Shown here: piece after piece, positions 47,528 to 57,749 of the stretch
Layout: each line of letters starts with the position of its first letter
How positions within the stretch are numbered: position 1 is the first letter of the stretch
NCBI GenBank assembly: GCA_963765675.1
Contig: CAVXXK010000003.1
Span: forward strand, 480,001-544,000
Direction: 5' to 3'
Length of the DNA: 64,000 nucleotides
DNA from: an uncultured delta proteobacterium
GTDB taxonomy: Bacteria > Desulfobacterota > Binatia > Binatales > Binataceae
Translations under genes and position numbers: made by a program
The notes under the pieces: generated by a model
Database searches by the model: none
Seen by the model: only the letters and a program-made list of their open reading frames with translations
Told to the model about the DNA's origin: nothing

Positions 47528-50500
47528 CTACTTGCCGGTGCCGGCCAGCGCCGCGGAAAGCGTGCTGCTCTTGCCGTTGCTTCGAATCGTGAAGGTGCCG
47601 GCGCGTTTTCCAACTGCCGTCGGAGCAAACGAGATCGTATATTTGCATCGCTGGTGGGCGGCGAGCGTCGAGGCGCAAGTGCTCGCGCCCACGATGATCG
47701 CGAAATCGCCGGTTACCGATGCGCTCTCGATCGCGATCGTCGCGCCGCGAGGATTGACGACCGTCAGGTTTTTGGTTTTCCCCGCGCCCGCCCGAAGTCC
47801 CTACCGCTTCCTTGCCGAAATTCAAGCGTTTCGGCGTCAAGCTTGAGCGTCGACGTTACCGGCGTAGGCGTCGCCGTCGGCGTGGGAGTTCGCGTAGCAG
47901 TTGGCGTCGGCGCCACAGTGGGTGTTGCAGTTGACGTTGTAGTCGCGGTCGGGCTCGCAGTGACCGTCGCGGTCGGCGTGGCCGTGCGTGTCGCGGTGCG
48001 CGTTGGAGTCGCGGTCGGGGGCGGTGTTCTCGTCGCCGTCGCCGTCCCGATATTGGTCGGTGTGGCCGCCGGAGTTGGCGTGGGGGTTGCCGTCGGGCTG
48101 CTGCTGACGTTGGCGCCGGCGATCTCGAAAACGCCGCGTCCAAACGTGCCGGCAAAGATCATCCCATTCTGATTCTGTTCGAGATCGAACACCGGCACCG
48201 CCGGAACCGCGCCGAGATTATACGGCGTCCAATCCGCGCCGCCGTCGATGCTTCGAAAAATACCGATATCGGTCCCGGCAAGAATCGTGTTGCCGGTGCT
48301 ATCGGTGCCATCCACCAGAATCCGGAGCACCGGAATATCGGGCAACGCGTTTGTGGGCGGCGGAATCTGGTTGAGTGGATTGCCGTCCACCTGCGCCCAC
48401 GTCACGCCGAAGTCGTGCGTCACGAAGACGTGCCCCATCTGGGTGGCTGGCGGTGAATCCCGACACGGAGAGATAGGCGGTTGCGGAATCTCCCGGATCG
48501 ATCGCAATACCGGTGGCCTGCGTGTAACGCGGCAGCACCAGCGGTGAAAGATTCGCGGTCACGTCCTTCCAGGTCGCGCCCTCGGGATTGTCTCCGGTCA
48601 CCTGCACGTTGGCGTCAGAGGTTGTCATCAGGCGAAACGGCGTCGGAGTGAAGGTTGTATCGGTTTCCATCGCGAGGGCGTATGCCTTGGTGTCGTCCGA
48701 CGGCGCGATCTCGAGATCCTCGAGCGCGCAATTCCCGTCGCCGCATCCTCCGGTCAAATCCTGCGTGGTCTCCGCCGCCCAAGTGTTGCCGCTGTCGCTC
48801 GAAACGTAAACCGAGTGCGCTCCGAACATCACCCTGCCCTGCTGCTCGGGATCGGCCGCGAGCGGAGGATAAAGCCCCGCGCCCCGGTCGCCGTTGGACG
48901 CAAGCGCCGCACGCAACGCCCGGGTCGGGCCGGCCGAGGTCCACGAGGTTCCTCCGTCGGTCGATTGCGCGATCGCGGGGCCGGCGCTCGTCGTAGCGAA
49001 GACGTGGTACGCGAGCGATGGATTGGCCGGATCGAAAATCGCGAACGCGCCGTCGAGCGTATCGACTTGCCCCCATGCTGCCGCCAGCGGCATCGAGCTG
49101 TTACCCAGCCCGGTTCCGTTGTCGGACATCCCTGCGAGCACCAGCGAGTTGTTGGTCGGATGCGGCCCCACGGATTGAACCTCCTCGGCGCCGATCGAAG
49201 AGTTCAGTCCGCTCCAGGAGCCACCGGGCGAGGCAAAATGAAACACGCCGCCGTCGTTGCCAAGATAAAAGCTGTGCGCGCTCGCCGGATCGAAGGCGAC
49301 CGCATGCTGATCGGAATGGGTTCCGCCGTTCTGTGCAAGGAAAGTCCACGCGGCGCCCGAGTTGGTCGATCGATAGATTCCAACTCCACCGAACACGACG
49401 GTAGCGCCGCTCGAGTCCGCCGGATCGATCGCAAGGGCCTGGCCAAAAATCGAGTCGGAGACATTGTCAGCCGCGGTACCGTCGAGCACCACGCCGTCGC
49501 CAAGGCTCGCGCTCGGAACGCTCTCCGCGGTCCAGGTGGCGCCACCGTCGGAGGATTTGTAGAAGCCCGCGTACTCGATTCCGTCGGCCGCGCCGAGCAT
49601 CGCATAGACGATTCCCGAATCAGCGGCGATACTCGAGCGCCCGATCGCTCCCGCGAAACCCGGGAAGGTAATCTGGCTCCAGCTCAGGCCGGAGTCTGAC
49701 GAGTGAAACACTCCGGTCCATTGCACCGCCGCATAGACGTTTGCTGGCGCCGCCGGATCGATCACCACCTGGGTGACGGGGCACGGCTGATTCGTGAAGT
49801 AGGTGCAAGTGCCGAAGGTGCCGAGCGGATACGTAAGCCAGGAATTTCCTCCGTCGGTCGACCGCCAGACTCCCATCTGGCTCCATTGCGTTTCGATCCA
49901 TCCGGCCTGCGCGCGATTGGCGCTCGATCCGTAAGTCACGGCCGCATAGATAGTCCGCGGGCTCTGCGTAGTGTCGACCGCAATACCGCCGATCGAGGCG
50001 TCGTCGAAATTAGCCGCGCCAAGCTGGCTCCACGAGCCGCCGAGGTCAGATGATACGAAAATCCCTTCGCCATAATAGGAATCGTTCGAGCCGTCGCCCT
50101 CGCCCGTCGCGACGTACAATGTAGGATTCGGCGTCGTGGTCGGGTCGAGCGCCATCGATCCGACCGACAGCGTCGGCTCCGCATCGAAGATCGGCGTGAA
50201 CGCCGCGCTCGCATTCGGACGCATCCACACTCCACCCGCCGCCGTGCCAACGAACAGCCGTCCGCTCACCGTCGGATCGGCTATAATCGCAGTCACGCGT
50301 CCGGTCGCATTCGGCAGCGGCGAGCCAATCGCGACTCCGCCGAACGTAGCGACTTCCGCGTCCACCGGCTGCGGTCCAGTAAAGCTCCAGGAGGTGGTCT
50401 GCGACAGCGCAGGAATCTCAGCGGCGTTCGCCACCTGCGCTTGCGCCATCTCTTGCTGGCGCATCATGGCGACCGCTCGCAGATATGCGCCGCGCGGCGT

Positions 50501-50695
50501 TCCGAATTGATGTCCCCGTTTCGCGGCAAGGAATTCGCGGCGTGCCTCGAGCCGGCGCGCCTTCTGATAACGTGCCGTGTCGCGGCGCGCGCCGGGCGCC
50601 GCCGCCGGCATCATCGCCGCCCCTGCCAGGAGCGCGGCGAGAATCAATCCGGCAGGCGCAAGCCGGCGCGCGCGCGATAATCGCAACGTAATCAC
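47528..50695 (-). CDS. Large secreted BNR/Asp-box beta-propeller protein with Thr/Pro linker and C-terminal Ig-like (choice-of-anchor D/ASH-like) domain; three +1 frameshifts
   Basis: Signal peptide, many S.DGG.SW Asp-boxes, a TPTATPT linker, then LNFGKEAVG...CKYTISFAPT...LAGTGK. Frame breaks near 48448, 47843 and 47790. Confidence 0.8.
47855..48105 (-). repeat. Low-complexity Thr/Pro/Ala linker-coding region
   Basis: Encodes SSSPTATPTPTPAATPT...TPTPTATPTPV. Confidence 0.8.
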
Positions 50696-50880
50696 GGGCC
50701 CCCTTTTGCCCTAACTACGCTGCGATCTTACCTAGTAGTCGATTATATACCTATTATAGATAGTCAGTAATACTCACTAGCTATTTACGGATAGACTAAT
50801 CTCTGTCGGTCTATATTGAGCAGCTCTGGCCCGTATCGCTTATGTTTCGGCACGTTCCGCCGGCGACATTCAAAAGCCGC

Positions 50881-51792
50881 CTACGCGGCGGAAACGCGGA
50901 AACCGATCTTGGGAAAGTGATTTACGACGCGTCCGACCGCGGGATCCTCCCGCTCGATCGCGATCTCCTGAATCGTGTTGAGCGCCACTGTCCCTGCCAC
51001 CGGATCAAATGCGTAGTCGTCCGGAGTTACCGCAACGCGCGCCCCTGTCTTCAGGCCGCTCGGATCGGCGGGGTCGGAATTCGGCTGCGTGGCGGGATTG
51101 GCAGCCTTTGCGATTTTGAGCGCTTCGTCCGGGTCCATCGGAGTCATCGCACCGTAACCCATTGCGTCGATCCGCTCGAACCATCGCATCAGATTCGGAA
51201 ACTTCTGCGCGTGCGAGAACGCGGTCGGCTCCGCGCGCAGGAACCACACCGGATGGAAGCAAGCGGCGTCGGCGAGGCTGAAGCGATCGCCAAGAATATA
51301 CGGCTGCGAGGCGAGAGAGCCGTCGAGGATCTGCAGGAACGCACGCAGTTGGTTGAGCGCGTCGGGCGCGGCCTTTCCGATCTGCGCAAAATCGGCGCCC
51401 TGCATCATCTTGCTGCGATCTTCGATAAATTCCTTCGGCACCACTGCGGCGAGCTTCTCGAAGATCACCGGCGTGGTGGACCAGAAGATGCGCCGGTCCG
51501 CCCACATATTGAGCGCGTTGCACGCGGCTTCCATCCCGCGCGGATATAGCGAGGGCTCGGGATGAAGCTCCTCGAGTTTGCGGATGATGATGCCGGTATC
51601 GCACCACACGTCGGCGCCGATCTGGAGGACCGGAATTCGCCGGTAGCCGCCCGTCAGCGGAACGAGCTTGGGCTTCGGCATGATCACTGGCTGCTCGACG
51701 GCGCGCCAGCCGATCTTTTTGTACGCGAGAATTTTGCGGATTTTTTCCGAGAACGGCGAATTCACATACTGATGCAGAATAACTTCGGGCAC
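50881..51792 (-). CDS. Glutathione S-transferase family protein
   Basis: SPFSEKIR, GYRRIPVLQIG..CDT and SLADAA motifs. Confidence 0.9.
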   Translation of the reverse strand: MPEVILHQYVNSPFSEKIRKILAYKKIGWRAVEQPVIMPKPKLVPLTGGYRRIPVLQIGADVWCDTGIIIRKLEELHPEPSLYPRGMEAACNALNMWADRRIFWSTTPVIFEKLAAVVPKEFIEDRSKMMQGADFAQIGKAAPDALNQLRAFLQILDGSLASQPYILGDRFSLADAACFHPVWFLRAEPTAFSHAQKFPNLMRWFERIDAMGYGAMTPMDPDEALKIAKAANPATQPNSDPADPSGLKTGARVAVTPDDYAFDPVAGTVALNTIQEIAIEREDPAVGRVVNHFPKIGFRVSAA

Positions 51793-51899
51793 GATGAGCC
51801 TCCTGGGTTGATCGATTCCAACGGGTCAAAATTTACCGCACCGCGCTCAATTGGGGAACCTCCATTGCAGCGCCTGCGAAACCTGATATTTTCGCCGTT

Positions 51900-52556
51900 A
51901 TGTTCGGACAACAGGAATTCGATCTTTTCGAAGCAATTTATACGACTCGTTCGATGCGCCGGCTGAAACCCGATCCGGTCGCGCCCGAATTGATCGTCAA
52001 GGTGATCGAAGCGGCGACGATGGGCCCCAGCGGCAGTAACCGGCAGCCGTGGATCTTCGTCGTGGTGCGCGATGCGGAAACCAAAGCCTTCGTTGCGGAG
52101 CGCTACTTGAAGGCGTGGGAAGTCTACTTCACGCCGCGGGCGCGGGAGATCGTCGCGAACGATCCGCAAAGTCCGCAGGGACGAATTCTGCGCTCGGCAC
52201 GCTATCTGGCCGAGCACGTCGGCGAAGCACCGGTGATGATCTTCTGCTGCGTCAAGAAATACAACGACGCGAGGCGCAGGGGGCAGCCGATGCTCAACGC
52301 GATCTTTCCCGCAATCCAGAATCTGTGCCTCGCGGCGCGCGCCTACGGCCTCGGCACCTCGATCACCGGGCTGCATCAGATGCATGGCGCCGAGATCGAC
52401 GAGCGGCTTGGCGTGCCGGCCGAGTACTCGAACGCGGCGATGATTCCGATGGGCTATCCCAAAGGCAGATGGGCGCGGCCCGAGCGCAAGCCCGCCCTCG
52501 ACGTGATCAACTGGGAGCGATGGGGGAGCCGCACGAGCTCTGTACCGGAAAAATAA
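51900..52556 (+). CDS. Nitroreductase family protein
   Basis: TRSMRR, PSGSNRQPW and IQNLCLAARAYGLG motifs. Confidence 0.92.
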   Translation: MFGQQEFDLFEAIYTTRSMRRLKPDPVAPELIVKVIEAATMGPSGSNRQPWIFVVVRDAETKAFVAERYLKAWEVYFTPRAREIVANDPQSPQGRILRSARYLAEHVGEAPVMIFCCVKKYNDARRRGQPMLNAIFPAIQNLCLAARAYGLGTSITGLHQMHGAEIDERLGVPAEYSNAAMIPMGYPKGRWARPERKPALDVINWERWGSRTSSVPEK

Positions 52557-52574
52557 ATTCTGCGATCGGCGCGT

Positions 52575-52793
52575 TCAGCCCTCGATCACGGCGAGCACCA
52601 GACCGCGCTGAATCTGATCGCCGGCCTTGACGCGGAACTCGCGTAGCCGTCCCGTGGCCGGCGCCTTGATCGGAATCTCGACCTTCATCGACTCGATCAC
52701 CATCACTTCGTCGCCGCGCGCAACCTGCGCGCCCATATCCACCGTGAGCCTCAGCACCTTGCCAACCGCGGGGCTTTTTATGTCCATGCTCAT
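52575..52793 (-). CDS. Stand-alone biotin carboxyl carrier protein
   Basis: 72 aa with an IESMKVE biotinylation motif. Confidence 0.9.
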   Translation of the reverse strand: MSMDIKSPAVGKVLRLTVDMGAQVARGDEVMVIESMKVEIPIKAPATGRLREFRVKAGDQIQRGLVLAVIEG

Positions 52794-53010
52794 GCGCCAG
52801 CGGCGCCGTCCTTTCCGAAAGTCGTCGAGATACCGGCGTCATAGCAGGCGCAAGCGCGGTCCGCCAGTATTGGCGCAAATTGCGCGCTTGAGTTGCGCGG
52901 CCCGATGGCTGTAGAAGGGGGGCATCGGCAGCGGTCTGGGGACCACGCTGCCGGAATCGATCAGGCGAAAAGAGCGGCTGGAGAAACTGCGCTTGGGTAA
53001 TGACAGCAGG

Positions 53011-54354
53011 ATGAGCGGTATCGTCGCCGCGCGCACATTGCTCGAGTATCCGCGCGGGGCGCATCGATGGAGCCTGCTCGGGCTCACGGTGATCGCGACG
53101 ATTCTCGCGTCGTACGAATTCCAGCTCGCGCCGATTCTCTCGCTGCTGCTGCCGTTCCTGCACATGAGCCAGGTCGGGTACGGCTACTTCATCACTTTTG
53201 CGGTTCTGATTTCCGGAATCTCGGCGTTCTTCGGCGGACCGCTCGCTGACCGCTACGGCCGCGTGATCCTGATCGACATCTGCCTTGGCCTGACCGTGGT
53301 GCTGGTGTTCTGCAACCTGTTCATCACCAATATCGTTTCATTCATTATCATCCGCACGCTGATGAGCGTCGTCGCGGGCACGATGGCCGGTGCTGGCGCG
53401 GCGTTGATGCGCGACATGTCGCCGCGCGTCGATCGCGCGCTGGCATTTGGCCTTTTGACGATCGGGCCGGTCGGCGCGAACTTCCTGGCCAACAAGATCG
53501 CGGCGTGGACGCTGCCGATCTACCACACCTGGCAATCGCAGATCTGGATCACGGGATTTCTGGGCCTCGCGATGTTCCTGCCGATCGTGCTGTGGCTGAA
53601 GGACTTGAGCACCGATCTGCGCTTGCAGATTTTCCGCACCGAGATCGCCTCGATGGAGGCGCGCGGGGTCAAGCTGAAGGCGGCCGAATTGCCCTCGAGC
53701 ACCAACGACGCCTTCCGGCGTCTGCTGAAGCATCCGGAGATCTGGATCCTGGTCGTCGGGATGAACGCCAATTTGACGCTGTATTTCGCGATCACCGCGT
53801 TCGGTCCGCTGATGTTCACGCAGGCGTTCAAATATCCACCGGCCGAAGCGGCCGCGATGAACTCGAACTTCTGGTTTTGCAACCTGGCGATCCTGATCGC
53901 CACCGGATTTATCTCCGACCGCCTGCAAATCCGCAAACCGATCGCGATTATCGGCGCCGCACTCAGTATCGGACTGCTCGCGTGGTGGATTCCGAGCTTC
54001 ACAGGCACTGGTCTGCCGCGCGGCGAGATGGCGATTGTCGCGGCGGTGCTGGGCGGCTTCCTTGCGATCGGCTATGTGCCGTGGGCCGCGCACTTCTCCG
54101 AGACGCTCGAGGAAGTGTCGCCGGCGCTGCAGGCGACGGGATGGGCGTTCTTCGGATTGGTCGCGCGCGCGTGGGCGGGACTGTCGGCGCCGCTGACCCT
54201 GTGGGTCGCCAAGGAATTCGGATGGCAGGCATGGATCAAGGTGAGCATCGTGGGAATGGCGATCTACATCGTAGCCCTGCTCATCACGCGCGGCATTCAT
54301 CAAGAGGCCGCCGAGACCGCCGAAACAGAAGCAACCGCAACCGCGGCACAGTAA
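53011..54354 (+). CDS. MFS transporter
   Basis: GPLADRYGR motif and about 12 TM helices. Confidence 0.88.
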   Translation: MSGIVAARTLLEYPRGAHRWSLLGLTVIATILASYEFQLAPILSLLLPFLHMSQVGYGYFITFAVLISGISAFFGGPLADRYGRVILIDICLGLTVVLVFCNLFITNIVSFIIIRTLMSVVAGTMAGAGAALMRDMSPRVDRALAFGLLTIGPVGANFLANKIAAWTLPIYHTWQSQIWITGFLGLAMFLPIVLWLKDLSTDLRLQIFRTEIASMEARGVKLKAAELPSSTNDAFRRLLKHPEIWILVVGMNANLTLYFAITAFGPLMFTQAFKYPPAEAAAMNSNFWFCNLAILIATGFISDRLQIRKPIAIIGAALSIGLLAWWIPSFTGTGLPRGEMAIVAAVLGGFLAIGYVPWAAHFSETLEEVSPALQATGWAFFGLVARAWAGLSAPLTLWVAKEFGWQAWIKVSIVGMAIYIVALLITRGIHQEAAETAETEATATAAQ

Positions 54355-54376
54355 GTATTGCCCCTGTGCGGAATGT

Positions 54377-54639
54377 CCCTCTCCCAGATTGGGAGAGGGT
54401 GCGTGGCGCGGCGATTGCTCTTTTCAGCAATCGCCGTGACGCGCGGGGTGAGGGACCGGCAGAAATAAAAATCTGCGACCGCGCGCTGCGACATTCTGTG
54501 CGCGCTTGCGGAATCCGAATTCTGGTGCTTTGGACAAACTTGGTGCGTATGCCGAAACAAGCAGGAGAGTTTTCTCTGTCGGTCCCTCACCCGTCGCGCG
54601 CAACGCGCGCCACCCTCTCCCAAACTTATTGGGAGAGGG
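54377..54639. repeat. Composite palindromic intergenic repeat, copy F
   Basis: CCCTCTCCCA..TGGGAGAGGG..GCGATTGCT..AGCAATCGC..GGGTGAGGGACCG at the left end and the inverted module CGGTCCCTCACCC..CCCTCTCCCAA..TTGGGAGAGGG at the right end. Confidence 0.85.
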
Positions 54640-54655
54640 ACTGATCGGATCGCGG

Positions 54656-56212
54656 CTACGGGCGCATCGTGCGAGTGCGGATTCCCAGCTGGGTTGGCAC
54701 AATCTCATATGCCTGGTGCACCCAATCGACCAGGATCGGACGCGTGTCGCGAGGATCGATTATCTCCTCGATTCCGAATGCCTCCGCAGTGCGAATCGGC
54801 GAACGCACGGCGTTGAACTTCTCTTCGAGTTCTCTGCGCAGTTTTTCCGGATCCTTCGAGGCCGCAAGATCGCGCTTGTACGCCGCCTCAATGCCGCCCT
54901 CGATCGGCAGTGATCCCCAATCCGCCGATGGCCACGCATAGCGCAGATTGAGTCCGCTGGTGATTCCGTGCGCGCCGCCGGCGACGCCGAACGCTTTGCG
55001 CACTATAATCGCGACCCATGGCGTGATCGTCTGGTACACCGCGCACATCGCGCGCACGCCGTGCCGGATGGTTCCCTCGCGCTCGGCTTCGCGACCGATC
55101 ATAAAGCCCGGCTGATCGACGAAGTTCACGATCGGCAGATGAAACGTGTCGCACAGGTCGATGAACTTGACCATCTTGTCTGACGCCGCCGCGTCGAGCG
55201 ATCCACCGATCGCGAATGGGTCTCCCGCCATCACGCCGACCGGATAGCCGTCCAGGCGCGCGAACGCGGTGACCAGCGACGGTCCAAAGTACGGGGTCAT
55301 CTCGAAAACTGAATCGCGATCCATCACCAGCTCGAGAATCCTGCGCGCGTCATAACCTTGCCTGCGGTTGCGCGGCACGATGCTGATGAGCTCGTCCTCG
55401 CGGCGATGCGGATCGTCGAGCGGCGTAGTCCGCGGCGGCGCCTGCCATACGCTCTGCGGCAGATAGGACAGGAAACGGCGAATCTGGTCGAAGGCGTCCT
55501 CCTCGCTTTCGGCCTCGTTGTCCACCGCCCCGCTCTCGTGCGCATGGATGTCAGATCCGCCGAGCTGTTCCTTGTCCAGATTCTCGCCGGTTCCCCACTT
55601 CACCACCGGAGGTCCGGCGACAAAGAGCTGGCTCGAGCCTTTTATCATCACCGCAAAATGCGATGCCGCCACCCGCGCCGCGCCAATTCCCGCAACCGAG
55701 CCCATGCATCCCGCCACCACAGGGACTTCGGACATGAGCTGCATCATGATGTTGAATCCGGCGACCGCAGGGACGTAGGTCCTTTTCATCGTCTCGAACG
55801 TGCGCACGCTGCCGCCGCCTCCGGTGCCGTCGATCAATCGCACAATCGGCATGCGCAGCTCGTGCGCGATCAGCTCTGCGTATCCCCGCTTGTTGCCGAT
55901 CGACGCGTCCGCGGCGCCACCGCGCACGGTGAAGTCGTCTCCCGCGACCACGACGCGCCGTCCGCTGATTCTTCCGGTTCCGCCGACAAAGTTGGCCGGC
56001 AGGAACTCGATCAGAGTATCGCCCTCATACTTGGGTGCGCCCGCCAGCGCGCCGTATTCGTGAAACGATCCGTGATCGAGCAATCGCTCGATCCGTTCGC
56101 GCACCGTGAGCTTGCCGCCGTCGTGTTGGCGCTTGATATTGTCGGCGCCGCCCATCTGCTTCGAGAGCTCGAGGCGGCGGCGAATTTCATCGACTTCCGG
56201 TTGCCAGGACAT
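54656..56212 (-). CDS. Acyl-CoA carboxylase carboxyltransferase (beta) subunit
   Basis: GKLTVRERI, DFTVRGGA, FVAGPPVV, LGG..H, DQPGFMIG and IIDPRDTR motifs. Confidence 0.93.
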   Translation of the reverse strand: MSWQPEVDEIRRRLELSKQMGGADNIKRQHDGGKLTVRERIERLLDHGSFHEYGALAGAPKYEGDTLIEFLPANFVGGTGRISGRRVVVAGDDFTVRGGAADASIGNKRGYAELIAHELRMPIVRLIDGTGGGGSVRTFETMKRTYVPAVAGFNIMMQLMSEVPVVAGCMGSVAGIGAARVAASHFAVMIKGSSQLFVAGPPVVKWGTGENLDKEQLGGSDIHAHESGAVDNEAESEEDAFDQIRRFLSYLPQSVWQAPPRTTPLDDPHRREDELISIVPRNRRQGYDARRILELVMDRDSVFEMTPYFGPSLVTAFARLDGYPVGVMAGDPFAIGGSLDAAASDKMVKFIDLCDTFHLPIVNFVDQPGFMIGREAEREGTIRHGVRAMCAVYQTITPWVAIIVRKAFGVAGGAHGITSGLNLRYAWPSADWGSLPIEGGIEAAYKRDLAASKDPEKLRRELEEKFNAVRSPIRTAEAFGIEEIIDPRDTRPILVDWVHQAYEIVPTQLGIRTRTMRP

Positions 56213-56323
56213 ATGGTTCCTCCGCTGTTTGCCGATCTTATCAATCATGCTCAGCGCGTTCACGGCAAACGGGCGAACGACCCCGTTTCGAGCGACGATT
56301 CTTCCTGTTAGCCTTGAGCGTCG

Positions 56324-57727
56324 ATGAGTGCCGCGCCGATTCAGACTGTTCCGAACGCGAACTTCTCCGCGCGACCGAAGCGCGCGATGCTCTCCGGATG
56401 GGGCCGTTACGGAGCGCTCGAATGCGATCTCTACCGGCCCGAGAAATTCTCCGAGCTGGCGGAAATCGTCGCATCAAACTCGACCTCGCTTATCGCACGC
56501 GGCGCCGGGCGCGCGTATGGCGACGCCGCGGTGAACGGCGACAATCGGGTCGTCGATGTGACCCGGCTCGGGAGGATGCTCTCCTTCGATCCAGACAGCG
56601 CGACGCTGCGAGCGGAGGCGGGGGTCACGCTCGATGAGATCATCGATGTGTTCCTGCCGCGCGGATTTTTTCCGCCGGTAGTGCCGGGCACGCGCTACGT
56701 CACGCTCGGCGGATCGATCGCGGCAGATATCCACGGCAAGAGCCATCATCGCGACTCCTCATTCGCGAGCCACATCACCAGCTTCATCCTGATGCTTGCG
56801 TCGGGCGAGATTCGGCGATGCTCGCGCGAAGAAAACGCCGACCTGTTCTGGGCTACTGTCGGAGGGATGGGCCTGACCGGCGTGATTCTCGAAGCGGAGC
56901 TGCGGCTCAGTCGTATCGAGAGTGCGTGGCTGGAAGGCGAAGTGATTCGTGCGGAGAACCTGGACGCGGCGCTCGAGGCGTTCGAGCGCACCGACGGCCA
57001 ATACGGCAACTCGGTTGCGTGGATCGATTGCGCGACCACTAAAGGGCGGCTTGGGCGCTCGATCCTGAACGCCGCAAATTTCGCGACGCGCGACGCTCTT
57101 GCGCCCGCGATGCGCCAGGATCCGTTTGCGATCAAGCCGAAGTTCCATCCCGCCGTGCCGTTCGATCTGCCGAACTTCGCGCTGAGCGCGCTCACGGTTA
57201 GAACGTTCAACGACGGTCTGTACGCGATTCATCGCCGCAAGGCTGGCCGCGCGCGTTTCGACTATCAGAGTTTTTTCTTTCCGCTCGATTCGATTCATGA
57301 CTGGTACCGAATCTACGGCAAGCGCGGATTCGTCCAGTACCAGTGCGTATGGCCCGAGGCCGAGAGCCGCGCGGGGTTGATCGAGACTCTGGAAGCGATC
57401 AGCGCGAGCCGGCGCGGATCGTTTCTGAGCGTCCTCAAGAAGTTCGGCGCGCAGGAAGGGATGCTCTCCTTTCCGATGCCGGGTTATACACTTGCGCTGG
57501 ATTTTCCAGTCGCGGAAGGTTTGATGGAATTTCTCGACCGGCTTGACGCGATGGTGCTAGCGCGCGGAGGCCGCGTCTACCTCGCGAAGGACGCGAGGAT
57601 GCGCCCGGAGACGTTTCGCGAGATGTACCCGAACCTCCCGCGATGGCAACAGATCAAGACAGCCGCCGATCCGAATAACCGGTTTTCCTCGAGCCTCGCG
57701 CGGCGTATCGGGATGCTGCCCACGTAG
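56324..57727 (+). CDS. DprE1-like FAD-linked oxidoreductase (polyprenyl-phosphoribose 2'-oxidase family)
   Basis: LSGWGR, RGAGRAYGDAA, VVPGTRYVTLGG.IAADIHGK.HH, GFVQYQ, LSFPMPG.TLA.D and YLAKD motifs. Confidence 0.88.
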   Translation: MSAAPIQTVPNANFSARPKRAMLSGWGRYGALECDLYRPEKFSELAEIVASNSTSLIARGAGRAYGDAAVNGDNRVVDVTRLGRMLSFDPDSATLRAEAGVTLDEIIDVFLPRGFFPPVVPGTRYVTLGGSIAADIHGKSHHRDSSFASHITSFILMLASGEIRRCSREENADLFWATVGGMGLTGVILEAELRLSRIESAWLEGEVIRAENLDAALEAFERTDGQYGNSVAWIDCATTKGRLGRSILNAANFATRDALAPAMRQDPFAIKPKFHPAVPFDLPNFALSALTVRTFNDGLYAIHRRKAGRARFDYQSFFFPLDSIHDWYRIYGKRGFVQYQCVWPEAESRAGLIETLEAISASRRGSFLSVLKKFGAQEGMLSFPMPGYTLALDFPVAEGLMEFLDRLDAMVLARGGRVYLAKDARMRPETFREMYPNLPRWQQIKTAADPNNRFSSSLARRIGMLPT

Positions 57728-57749
57728 GCGCACAGGCGCTTCCAGAGCC

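Noticed and set aside
47654-48172. Val/Gly/Ala-repeat 'membrane protein' on the + strand
   Set aside because: It is the antisense reading of the Thr/Pro linker.
2107-54639. CRISPR array or integron attC interpretation of the repeats
   Set aside because: The copies are dispersed, variable in length and lack regular spacers; no cas or intI gene is present.
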